This document shows, in pieces, positions 1 to 10,439 of a stretch of 64,000 nucleotides of DNA. Each line of letters starts with the position of its first letter. Within the stretch, counting starts at the first letter, position 1. The translations under genes and the position numbers were made by a program. The notes beneath the pieces were generated by a model. That model was not told the DNA's origin. It was given only the letters and a program-made list of their open reading frames with translations, and did not search any database. The DNA is from Macrostomum lignano (taxonomy: Eukaryota): assembly GCA_002269645.1 (NCBI GenBank), contig NIVC01000352.1, positions 1 through 64,000 of the forward strand, given 5' to 3'.

Positions 1-210
1 TCCTACGAACTATACAGAGACCTGACCGCTGGAATATAATCGATTAGCTATGAAAGCCTTGAAAACGGAATCAAGCTTGGATCGTTAGAGCTGCACTGAC
101 CTCGTTAAAGTTTGTTTAACTGCATGACTTTTCATGCTGCCTCTCGTTATATGCAATCAGATGACTGATAATATTTCTGTAGCCTATGACTGTAGCCTTG
201 AATTTTTTAA

Positions 211-392
211 CCTGCCACTATCCCTCTCAGAACTTCAGTAACCTGCCGCTATCCCTCTCAGAACTCCAGTAACCTGCCGTTTTCCGCCTCTCGGAACTCC
301 AGTAACCTGCCGCTATCCCTCTCAGAACTTCAGTAACCTGCCGCTATCCTATCAGAACTCCAGTAACCTGCCGCTATCCCTCTCAGAACTCC
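211..392. repeat. 31-bp minisatellite (CCTGCCGCTATCCCTCTCAGAACTCCAGTAA), about 6 copies
   Basis: Direct tandem copies visible just upstream of the first recovered nAChR exon. Confidence 0.9.
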
Positions 393-427
393 ATCTCATT
401 TCTCCTCGCCCTCCTTCGGTGTCCCAG

Positions 428-1126
428 GCGCCCGCGCCGGTAGAAATGAGAAGCGTCTGCTGCAGCACCTGCTTGAAAACAAATCAAATCTGCACAACCC
501 GATGGAGCGGCCTGTTGAGAACGACACCGAGATTCTGTACGTCTGGTTCAAGGTGTCACTGCAGCAGATTATCGATGTGGTAAGTTGCCTATCGTTTTGT
601 GGCGCAAATCAGGTTTTACTCCATAATTTTTCCTTGTTTTCACTTTTCATTTTTATAGGATGAGAAAAATCAAATTCTATTCTCGAGTATTTGGTTGGAC
701 TTGGTAAGTGGGCTTCGTGTGTCCAAGTTTTAATTTTGCTCTTTTCTACCGTCAAATTCATTTTTTCAGTCGTGGACAGATTATCACTTCAAGTGGGACC
801 CGCGGACTTTGGCAACATCACTAAAATTAACATCGACCCAAAGAGAGTCTGGCGACCGGACGTGCTGCTGTACAACAGGTTGGAGACTGCTTAGGCTGTC
901 CATAGAGTGAATTCAATTCTTACTCGACCCCCAGTTCCCCCATCCGCTCACCAACTCAGTCTTTTTTATTAGAGGCATGAGGGCTAACCCTGGTGCACTT
1001 AAGGACATTTTCACACATTCTCACACTCGCACAACCGGCGATAGGCATTGCTGCCCATTCCACCGACTCCCCTGAGCAGGCACACAAGCGCGCGGATACG
1101 TACGCAGTCATACGCACCGGCACACA

Positions 1127-1176
<50 letters not shown>

Positions 1177-4100
1177 AGTTTACAGCGACCCTAACTTTAT
1201 TTATCGTTAGGCATGTACACTTCCCTGTGCCTTGGGGCTTGGCCCTCAATGGCGTTAATTGCACAAGCAGAGCTAAGCCGAGATTCCAATTCAGCCCCAA
1301 ACTAATGTGACTGCACTTGGAATCGAGCCTGGGCCACTGGCACATCAGAGCGCCGCGCCAGACCACTGGGCTACGCCCCACCAACTCAGTCATTCTCTCA
1401 TACAAGCCGTAAGATATCAATGAAGCCTCCCTATCTTTTGACGATTTTTTTTAATAGCGCGGACGAAAAATTTGACGCCACTTATCCGACCAACGTGGTG
1501 ATCGACAACACGGGCTTCATGACCTACATACCGCCCGGCATGTTCAAGTCCACCTGCAAGATCGACATCACTTGGTTCCCATTCGATATGCAGGAGTGTC
1601 TGATGAAGTTCGGCTCGTGGACTTACGACGGCGGGACAGTTGATCTGCGTTTCAAGTGCGCCAACGAGAGTCTCAAGTCTGTGCAGGACCGGCTGAACGA
1701 TCCGCGACGTTGCACCGAGAGAGGCAGCGGCGACACGTCCAACTATGTGAAGAGCGGGGAGTGGAACCTGGAAGGTGCGTCTCTTGCATGGAAGTTCTAG
1801 AAGCTCGTTTGAGTGGTCTAGATGGACTTTTAATGACGTCCGCTAGCGAAATTATTTCATTCAGATTGAATCTACGACTTGGGGTTATCGGTGATAGTGG
1901 GCAAAGCAACTCACGTCAGCGGTAATGTCCTGACACTCGCCAAACACCCTATATTCAGGGTCTAGTGTACAGAAATTTTTCCCCAAGCTTGTCCGTTGTC
2001 TTTCACGTCCGTGAGGGCCAGATCAAAAAACAGATGCCTGCTCGCTGGATAGATTATCGCATTGATTAAGAGACTCCCTTTTAAACTAACAAACGAAGGT
2101 TTTTAATTCCATCAGGTCTGTTAAAATGACAACTAACCGAATTTGATGCTGATGCGCCCGTCAACTCGCGACAATTTCACTCGCCATCAACTCCATGCAG
2201 GCCTGTGGGCGTTCGAACCGGCAAACTCTACGATTGCTGCCCGCATCCGTTTGTTGACCTGAAATTTTACATGCGCATACGCAGGCGCCAGCTTTACTTT
2301 TTGTTCAACATGCTGGGCCCGGTGGCATTTCTGTCCACTTTAGCAATACTCTGCTTTCTAATTCCGCCAGACGATGGCGAGAAAGTCTGCTTCGGTGTGT
2401 TGATAGAGCTGTCAATGAGTTGTGGGCGTCACAAATGACAACTGTACACAGGGCTTTGATGTCCTGACTTTGTGTCAGATGTTTTGCAAACAAGAGCGCG
2501 CAAACGGCCTAAATACGCTCGTATATTTTGCACTACTTTGCTGAAACGTGCGCAAAATTTATTTCTCACGATCTACAAACGTATAGTCCGCCTTATCTGC
2601 GCGTTATCCTTACACATCAAAAGCTCTATTAGCCCTTTTACAGAACATAAGCTATATCTCAAATTAAAATCTCTCCGACCCTAGATTGACCAACACCCTC
2701 CGACCCTAGATTGACCAACACCCCTCCGACCCTAGATTGACCAACACCCCTCCGACCCTAGATTGACTAACACCCCTCCGACCCTAGATTGACCAACATC
2801 CCTCCGACCCTAGATTGACCAACACCCCTCCGACCCTAGATTGACCAACACCCCTCCGACCCTAGATTGACCAACACCCCTCCGACCCTAGATTGACCAA
2901 CACCCCTCCGACCCTAGATTGACCAACACCCCTCCGACCCTAGATTGACCAACACCCCTCCGACCCTAGATTGACCAACACCCCTCCGACCCTAGATTGA
3001 CCAACACCCCTTCGACCATAGATTGACCAACACCCCTCCGACCCTTAGATTGACCAACACCTCCATCGACCTTAGACTGGCCAGCACCTCCTTCAAACCT
3101 CGACTGACCGACGCACTCACTCCATTCATTCTCCATTGAACAAAAAGCCAATGGACAAAGACAGGTAAAATGATTCTCGATCCCCACGGCCCTTTAGTAC
3201 CCCAAATATACTCGCCTTCCAACGCAGGCATGCCGGGTCAGAGAACCGCTTTACTGTACGACTGCTGCCCGTTTCCCTTCATCGACCTGAAGTACCGCAT
3301 CAAGATTCGTCGGCGGACCTTATACTACGGCTTCAACCTTATCATACCGTGCGTGCTTATCTCCACTATGACACTGCTCACCTTCCTCCTGCCGCCGGAC
3401 GCAGGGGAGAAAATCTCTCTCGGTACGTACGCTCGTACGCGACAATTGGCATGTCTTTGCTCTGCAATGCTTATCAAAGTTTTGTCAAATGTAGATCCAA
3501 TGTAGGAAAATCATGGATAACAGATTGTTGTCATTTTAGACACGTTTCCGACCGTGTAATTAGATCCTCACTATATATTTTAAAGCATCAGATTCATTGC
3601 ATTGTACAGGCGTGACAATACTATTGTCACTTATCATGTTTCTGCTACTAGTAGCAGACGCGATGCCGCAGACCTCGGAGTCTCTGCCGCTGATTGGTAA
3701 ACTTCTAGAGCAGTCCATGTTATCACTGTCAAATTAAATCTTGAACGATGTACAGGCTTAGTTATCTTCTGTTTTGTGTTATCGTTGTGCTTCATGTTGT
3801 CAATATCGACTGTCTGAATTTAAGCTTTCGAACGTTCTACTAATCCAATGTGCCATGCATGTTGCATGACTCACTGCTCTACTAACTCTATTTATAGGAG
3901 TCACTATCCTGCTGTCGCTCACCGTCTTCCTCATGACGGTTGGAGAGGCCATGCCCGCCACCTCGGACTCGGTGCCAGTCATCGGTAGGTGAACTCAGCA
4001 GGCGTCTTGCAACTCCTTCTTAAGCAAATTAGGAAACAATTGAGAGTTAAGAAGATTACTCTGTATCTATGCAGAGCTGAGACCAGAATCCAGGAGGGAC

Positions 4101-7100
4101 TGAGACCAGAATCCAGGAGGGACTGAGACCAGAATCCAGGAGGGACTGAGACCAGAATCCAGGAGGGACTGAGACCAGAATCCATGAGGGACTGAGACCA
4201 GAATCCAGCAGGGACTGAGACCAGAATCCATGAGGGACTGAGACCAGAATCCATGAGGGACTGAGACCAGAATCCATGACGGACTGAGACCAGAATCCAT
4301 GACGGACTGAGACCAGAATCCATGACGGACTGAGACCAGAATCCATGAGGGACTGAGACCAGAATCCATGAGGGACTGAGACCAGAATCCTTGAGGGACT
4401 GAGACCAGAATCCATGAGGGACTGAGACCAGAATCCAGCAGGGACTGAGACCAGAATCCATGAGGGACTGAGACCAGAATCCATGAGGGACTGAGACCAG
4501 AATCCATGAGGCACTGAGACCAGAATCCATGATGGACTGAGACCAGAATCCATGAGGGACTGAGACCAGAATCCATGAGAGACTGAGACCAGAATCCATG
4601 AGGGACTGAGACCAGAATCCTTGAGGGACTGAGACCAGAATCCATGAGGGACTGAGACCAGAATCCAGGAGGGACTGAGACCAGAATCCATGAGGGACTG
4701 AGACCAGAATCCATGAGGGACTGAGACCAGAATCCATGAGGCACTGAGACCAGAATCCATGATGGACTGAGACCAGAATCCATGACGGACTGAGACCAGA
4801 ATCCATGAGGGACTGAGACCAGAATCCATGAGGGACTGAGACCAGAATCCATGAGGGACTGAGACCAAAATCCATGAGGGACTGAGACCAGAATCCATGA
4901 GAGACTGAGACCAGAATCCATGAGGGACTGAGACCAGAATCCATGAGGGACTGAGACCAGAATCCAGGAGGGACTGAGACCAGAATCCATGAGGGACTGA
5001 GACCAGAATCCATGAGGGACTGAGACCAGAATCCATGATGACTTTGACCAGACCCACGAAGTCCGGGTTCAGATTCCAGTAACCTGTATTTTGTCCATCG
5101 GTTACTAATGCCACATTTTCTGTTTCTGATTCCAATGAAACTAGAACAAATTCTGATATTACTTAACTAATTTACATGCACTTGCAAAATTAGTATTAAC
5201 ATATGACTAACTTACCCCAACGCTACCCCAAGGCTGATAGACAGTTGATACAAACCGAGCCAATTAAAACTTTGCGCTGTGGCATTTCAGGCATGTACTT
5301 TGCCTGCACAATGATCATGTGCAGTCTGTCGGTGGTATTCACGGTGATTGTGCTCAACTATCATCACAGGAATGCGGAGTCTCATCCCATACCTAACTGG
5401 GTGAGTGAGATCACTATGCTTGCGTCATTTGCAGTGTAGTGAGCTGAAGTCAATGGCTCTGACAATGCTGCTGAGTGTATATTCGAACTAGATTTGTCAG
5501 TACAGTGGAACAGGTCACGTTTTCTTTGCCCGGATCAACCCTAGCTACTCAAACTCAAGCGGTTAACCTAAAATGCTATTTGATACATTTAACTAGATTT
5601 GAGGCGACAAATTATCAGATAAAAATTACAGCTGCAGGAGGGCCGTGGGGCACCCCGGCGCGACCGCCCTCGGTGACATCGTCTCACAACCAGCGCTGAC
5701 GGCAATTCTGCCCGTTCCGCTGGCTCCTGAGCACAATTTACGAGCTACACGGTTTAGCGCTGAGTTGCTGATCTGCTCTGCTTAGCGAAAGTCAGTGAGA
5801 GACTCACTTTAGCCAGCCGGGTTGGCCTGTCGGTGCATGTGTCCCGTCGCATTCATAGCCGGTCTCGAGCCCTAAATTGAGACAATAATCAGCCAATCCA
5901 CTCAATAATGCAGGTTCGCAAGTTCATCTGCGTCTACCTGGCCAGCATTCTGTGCATGCGGCACCACGGGCGGACGGAGCACTCCGAGCCAATCAGAGTG
6001 CGACGCCGGCTGAGCGACTGGCAGCGCAGGGCCAGCCAACTGCAGCGCCGCTCCGGCGGCCTGGAACTGCGGGAGCGCTGCTCGAAATCTTTGCTGGCGA
6101 ATGTGCTGGACATTGAAGACAATTTCCGAACATCCGTGCACCGGCAGCAGCGACCATCAATAAGGTAGCTCTTTTCGATGATGTACATACAACGTTATAG
6201 TAATAAATAACTAATGTACAAGCGTAGAAGGCCGCTCAGGTGCTTTCTAAATGGATTTAGCAAAGATGTTTTACAAAATCTGTCTATAAAAATCAAGGAC
6301 CACCAGGAACACTTCGTTATTATAAGGACGTAACACTCGATTCGTGTAAAAATAGTTGAAGGCCGATTTTCGTTCTCGTATGTAAATTAGTGAGATAGAC
6401 GAATTGCATGATTTTCAACATAATGTACTGAGTGCAGAAGCCTAGTAGTCCTTGATAAAAATTACAACGAAGAGACAGGACTGACGGTAGTTTTGCCAGA
6501 ATAATAATATCAGATTGATTTTTCTGAAATTAACCAGCTTTAACTGGATAAAACAGTGATTTTTTTACAAAATCGACTTTGAGCCTAAGTTCATTCCTCA
6601 CCAAATTATACGGACTGAGAGTTCAAGGCTGGAAGGCATCAGAGTTTGGCACCAGCACATAGCACAGAGTCAGAACTGGACGTCATTGCAGATCGTATCC
6701 GACTGGACTGACGGCGTCCTTTGATGAGACGCACGGCTGGGGCCAAGAGCGCCCGCTGCCGCACCAGCAGCTGCCGACTGACTCGCCGACCTCCTACAGT
6801 GCTTGCCAACCCGGCCGGCGCGCCCGCGACGCCTCAACCGACTGGGGATCGCAACTGGACCAGCCGGATCCGAAACAACCCGACGACTGCAACAGCCAGG
6901 CCGAGCTGGAGGCCATCATTCAGGAGCTTCGCTTTGTCACCAGGAAGATCGCGAACGACGTGGCCGACGGAGAAGTCAGCAGCGAGTGGAAATTCGCAGC
7001 TAGAGTGATTGACCGGCTCTGTCTGATCCTGTTCTCCGGCTTCACTCTGATTGCAACCTGTGCCATTCTGTTCTCTGCTCCGGACGTGTTCAAAGGCTGA
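428..7100 (+). CDS. Nicotinic acetylcholine receptor alpha subunit, alpha7-like (signal-peptide exon lies upstream, not found in window)
   Basis: Exons with GT-AG ends: 428-579, 659-703 (DEKNQ, 45 nt), 770-878 (WxPD..LYN), 1458-1774 (Cys-loop [15 protein letters not shown], loop B WTYDG), 2201-2394 or 3228-3422 (loop C YDCC + TM1), 3610-3696 or 3898-3984 (TM2), 5291-5400 (TM3, 110 nt), 5914-6164 ([13 protein letters not shown] motif of invertebrate alpha7-like subunits), 6692-7100 (TM4, [16 protein letters not shown]). Vicinal cysteines define an alpha subunit. A 1-nt deletion near 800 breaks the frame as given. Confidence 0.95.
1121..1173. repeat. (CA)n microsatellite
   Basis: Direct. Confidence 0.97.
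1304..1379 (-). mobile_element. tRNA-derived SINE head (copy 1)
   Basis: Minus strand reads GGGGCGTAGCCCAGTGG (A box) ... GGCTCGATTCC (B box); near-identical copy at 42240-42316. Confidence 0.65.
2201..2394 (+). CDS. nAChR alternative exon '7a' (loop C + TM1 + TM1-TM2 linker), 194 nt, one base short
   Basis: Acceptor CCATGCAG at 2193-2200, donor GTGTGT at 2395; encodes [63 protein letters not shown]; colinear with exon 3228-3422. Confidence 0.8.
2674..3075. repeat. 26-bp minisatellite (CCGACCCTAGATTGACCAACACCCCT), about 15 copies, in intron between exons 7a and 7b
   Basis: Direct tandem copies. Confidence 0.95.
3228..3422 (+). CDS. nAChR alternative exon '7b' (loop C + TM1), 195 nt
   Basis: Acceptor AACGCAG, donor GTACGT; encodes [64 protein letters not shown]; phase 1-1, the more canonical alpha7-like copy. 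Confidence 0.93.
3610..3696 (+). CDS. nAChR alternative exon '8a' (TM2 + TM2-TM3 loop), 87 nt
   Basis: Acceptor GTACAG, donor GTAAAC; encodes [28 protein letters not shown]; not in the ORF track (no ATG). Confidence 0.88.
3898..3984 (+). CDS. nAChR alternative exon '8b' (TM2 + TM2-TM3 loop), 87 nt
   Basis: Branch point-like ACTAAC at 3881-3886, acceptor TTATAG, donor GTAGGT; encodes [28 protein letters not shown]. Confidence 0.92.
4076..5038. repeat. 23-bp minisatellite (GGGACTGAGACCAGAATCCATGA), about 42 copies, in intron after exon 8b
   Basis: Direct tandem copies; source of the repetitive ORFs 3979-5135. Confidence 0.97.
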
Positions 7101-7865
7101 CGGAAGATATTTGGTCAGCAATTCAGTTAGCCATTGAAGAAATCGCTAGTTACTTTAGGTAGCAATATCAGCACATTTGCGTCTTTCAAATTTACTATAC
7201 ACACATATTAGACTCAGCTACCGTACGTCTAGTGTTCGGTCACATTTCACTGTAGTTACATAAAATTTTGTATTTGAAAGAGTTACAAGTGTATAGTAGT
7301 ACATGCTATTATCAAACTATTCGCATCTAATTCATATGTGATCTATGCATTGCTTGATACTCTTTTACAAAACTCCATTCCTTATTTTCAGCTGCACTGC
7401 TCTCCAATGATGATGTACCTTAGGTACTTGGGGTTGTAGCCTAGTGCTTTAGAGCATCGGACTCACTTGTGAACGGGAGTGAGTAAACAGAACGAAGCAA
7501 AAAGAGCAAATGAATTTCACTAAATAAACGGAACTAAACGTTCTCGTTCACCCTTCACTCACCTAGTAGCCAGCTAAACCTAAAAAACCTGAATATTTGG
7601 TTGTTTATTTTCACGCACGTCACACCAACAGAAAGTCGTGCTGGCTTTCCGCGAGACCGCGCGTGGGGGAAAGTTTGGCAAAAAATGACAAACTGAAAAA
7701 ATTTCAGTTGGAAGTGGACAAGTTTAGAGGAAAAAAATTGTCGGAGGCAGACAGTGAACACTAAAGCTATTTTCTATGAATGAAATAAACTCTTAAACCT
7801 GGCAGAAATATGAACAAAGTAAATTCTTAAAGACTGAGAAAAATGTCACTAGCACGGCACCGCGG

Positions 7866-9632
7866 TCAGTAGGCCGAGTTGGCCGGACTGCTATTGACGG
7901 CGTCAAACGCATCAAACAGCTGCTGCTGCTGCTGCAGACCCGCGCGGCCCGCCGGCTTTCCACCCTGAAGTCGGACGTCGCCCATGTCGCCGGGCGCGAA
8001 CTGCTGCTGCTGCCTGCCAGCGCTGCTGGAGTACATGTGCTTCACCAGCTCGCGCTCGAAGCTGTTCAAGTCTTCGGAGCGCTCCTCGTCTTCGTGGTCG
8101 GCGGTTTCCGTCTTTTCGTTGCCGGCGTAGGGAGATCGAGACGACAGCAGCTGCTGGCGGTGCTGCTGAAACTGCTGATGCTGCTGCAGTTGCTGCTGTT
8201 GAAGCATCTGCTGCATCAGCTGAGGCGGCATCTCCTGGCCCGGCATGCCGGACTCGTCAAAGTCGGTCATGATGTCGGAGCTGCCGGCAGGAGGCTGGGC
8301 GGCCGCCTGCTTCATCCGCGGCATGCCGCTGCTGCTGGCCTGGATGTAGCTGTTGAGCGAGGGCGGCTTGCTGAACCGGCTGCCGTTCTGCCGCACCCGC
8401 AGGAGGGCGCAGTCGTCGCCAACGCTGCGCAGCTCGGAGGCGGGCACGCGCCCAGCTCCTGTCAGATTGATGGTGCTGTCCTGCTCTTTCTCGTTGATGA
8501 TGCTGATGTGAGTCTTGATGGCCAGCAGAGAGTCAGTTGGTAGGGCGACATTCTCCGGCAGGCAGCTGAAGATCTTCTGCAGATGCTCCACAGGCAGTCG
8601 CAGAAACGTTTTTCGCCACTTGGTGGCTGTGAGGGCTCGGCGAATGATGTCGGCCAGGGAGTTCATCGGGCCGTTTTTCACCTTGCAGTGCATGCGGTAG
8701 TACAGGCCCATCAGCAGTGCGATGGCGCAGTCCTGGTCCATGATCATGGGGTCCAGGCTCTGGATGCGGGCAACAAACCCGGCCTTGGTGTCGGGCGTCG
8801 GCTGCAGCTCAAGGAAGCAGCGGTTTTTGAACAGCGTCTCCAGCGCGCTGATCAAGTTGTGCGACTTGCGACACTCTGGGTCCTCGTAGTACGCCACGCG
8901 GGCGATGCGGCGGAACAGGCTGATCTTCTGGCCGAACCCGTCATCGTCCAGCACCTGCGGCTGCCAAATCTCCGGCCGAATGGTGATGAGGCTCTCGAGC
9001 AGGCTGCTGATATTGATGTTGAGCCGCGTCTTCATAGTCTCGGTGCCGTAGTGGAGAGTGTCGCGATATTTGAACACCTTTTGGCTGGCCTTGCTCTCAT
9101 AGTGCAGCTCGAATGGCCGGCTGATGTCCAACGTCAGCGCCTGTCCGTCCTTCATGAACGGCGGCGCCACGCTGCTCAGGGAGCTGATGGCCTCGTAAAA
9201 CTCCCGCCTGATGGCGACGCACACGGGCAGGATCTCGACAATGTCGCCGCCGGCAACGCCTCGGCTGAATACGTCTGTGGCGAAGCTCTTCTGGTGCCCA
9301 TGGTTGACTCCACTGCGCAGGATGATCTCCACAGACTTCTCCTCCTTGAGGTAGATGGCCAGACTCAGCGGGTTGAGGTACAGCACGGCGTTGCGGTGAA
9401 ACATGGACTGAGAGTCGCGCGAGTCGTTCCCGATGAGGTCTGGCTGGTCGGCGATCTGGAAGATCTGCTGGAACAGCTCGGGCCTCTCCCTCACCATGGT
9501 GGTGAGACGGTGGTGCGACCTGCCACGGATCATGTTGATCATCCATTTCGTGTACGGGTGATGGCTGCGTAGGAACGGTGGTATGTTCAGGTGCGAATTG
9601 GGGAACTGCGGCGGCAGCGGGCAGCTGGTCAT
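7866..9632 (-). CDS. Intronless 588-aa protein of unknown function; possible degenerate ankyrin repeat and SOCS-box-like segment; Gln-rich C-terminus
   Basis: Long open frame with strongly GC3-biased codons in AT-rich flanks; NPLSLAIYLKEEKSVEIILRSGVN resembles an ankyrin repeat, SLADIIRRAL...LRLPVEHLQKIF loosely resembles a SOCS box. CDS is well supported, domain call is weak. Confidence 0.75.
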   Translation of the reverse strand: MTSCPLPPQFPNSHLNIPPFLRSHHPYTKWMINMIRGRSHHRLTTMVRERPELFQQIFQIADQPDLIGNDSRDSQSMFHRNAVLYLNPLSLAIYLKEEKSVEIILRSGVNHGHQKSFATDVFSRGVAGGDIVEILPVCVAIRREFYEAISSLSSVAPPFMKDGQALTLDISRPFELHYESKASQKVFKYRDTLHYGTETMKTRLNINISSLLESLITIRPEIWQPQVLDDDGFGQKISLFRRIARVAYYEDPECRKSHNLISALETLFKNRCFLELQPTPDTKAGFVARIQSLDPMIMDQDCAIALLMGLYYRMHCKVKNGPMNSLADIIRRALTATKWRKTFLRLPVEHLQKIFSCLPENVALPTDSLLAIKTHISIINEKEQDSTINLTGAGRVPASELRSVGDDCALLRVRQNGSRFSKPPSLNSYIQASSSGMPRMKQAAAQPPAGSSDIMTDFDESGMPGQEMPPQLMQQMLQQQQLQQHQQFQQHRQQLLSSRSPYAGNEKTETADHEDEERSEDLNSFERELVKHMYSSSAGRQQQQFAPGDMGDVRLQGGKPAGRAGLQQQQQLFDAFDAVNSSPANSAY

Positions 9633-10186
9633 CGTTACTGATCGGCGGAATGCAACTTGGCAGTACTGCGGTATGCAACCTGCTAATTGAAATTATTTTA
9701 ATTATAAATAAAAGATCAAAATTATATGCTGCATTGTTTAAACAGCTGCAGACCATAGATGCAGAAACCGGGTACAGTGCAGCAGCCTCGTGTGCTACGC
9801 TTGGGCAATGCGTTTAAGCCATAGAATTAAGCTCATTTACATTTATATATGTTCTGCTAGTATAAATAGCGACGACTCGTTCATAAAAAGGATCTGTGCC
9901 GCCGATCATACTTGCTGTAAAATTGAGAAGTTGAAATATTAGCCTTTAAATCCATATTCTTCTTGCCGAAATGCAATGAGATTTAAACACATGTCGATAA
10001 TGTACATGTACATGTATACATTTAATCATTCTAAATTTGTATATACTCTCAATTACGGCTGCTCAATGATATATTATATACCTAAACTGCTCTCGTGTCT
10101 GGAGGCACTCTAATTCAAAGGAAAACTTTGCTAATCTGTAGAAAGAGTGTCTGAAAATATTTACCTTCAGATGCAAAATAGTATAT

Positions 10187-10220
10187 ACTAGCAATCTAGT
10201 GCGGCCCCCCTTCGGGGCGC
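10187..10220 (-). mobile_element. Helitron-like 3' terminus (GC hairpin followed by CTAG|T)
   Basis: Minus strand: GCCCC-GAAGG-GGGGC hairpin then CGCACTAGATTG-CTAG-T; other end not located. Confidence 0.35.
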
Positions 10221-10439
10221 CCAATAAGAAAGGAGCAAAAATAGTTCACGGAAAACAATAAAAAAGCACATTTTCTTAAACACCAATTCCTTCTTCACTT
10301 TTAAAAATCACCTAAGCTCGTATTCGGGTAAAATTGTCACGGACAAATTTGTTTGCAAAGTGAAAGAATCACTTTTTCTCTAAAATTAACAAACAGACAA
10401 CAAAATATAGGTTCCCCTAAATAGAAAGTATTCCCAAGA

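Noticed and set aside
3423-3897. Docking/selector pairing for exons 8a/8b
   Set aside because: Only 5-6 bp complementarities found by eye, which is expected by chance.
2201-3984. Two separate receptor genes or a simple segmental duplication
   Set aside because: Order is 7a-7b-8a-8b rather than 7-8-7-8, introns share no visible similarity and flanking exons are single copy.
4076-5038. CRISPR-like appearance of 20-36 bp repeat arrays (also 2674-3075, 41345-41978, 60597-61590, 62450-62872)
   Set aside because: Units are head-to-tail with no unique spacers, there are no cas genes and the context is eukaryotic.
3979-5135. Three 300-360 aa ORFs ([14 protein letters not shown]...)
   Set aside because: Translations of the 23-bp minisatellite on the antisense strand of a receptor intron; stop-free by repeat composition.
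5640-5880. GC-rich patch in the receptor intron as a further alternative exon
   Set aside because: Frame from the nearest AG hits a stop within 13 codons and shows no receptor similarity.
8037-9756. Overlapping ORFs 8037-8543, 8583-9572, 9097-9756
   Set aside because: Shadow frames of the GC3-rich 588-aa gene; the same applies to antisense ORFs over RPS23, the PEF genes and PRORP.
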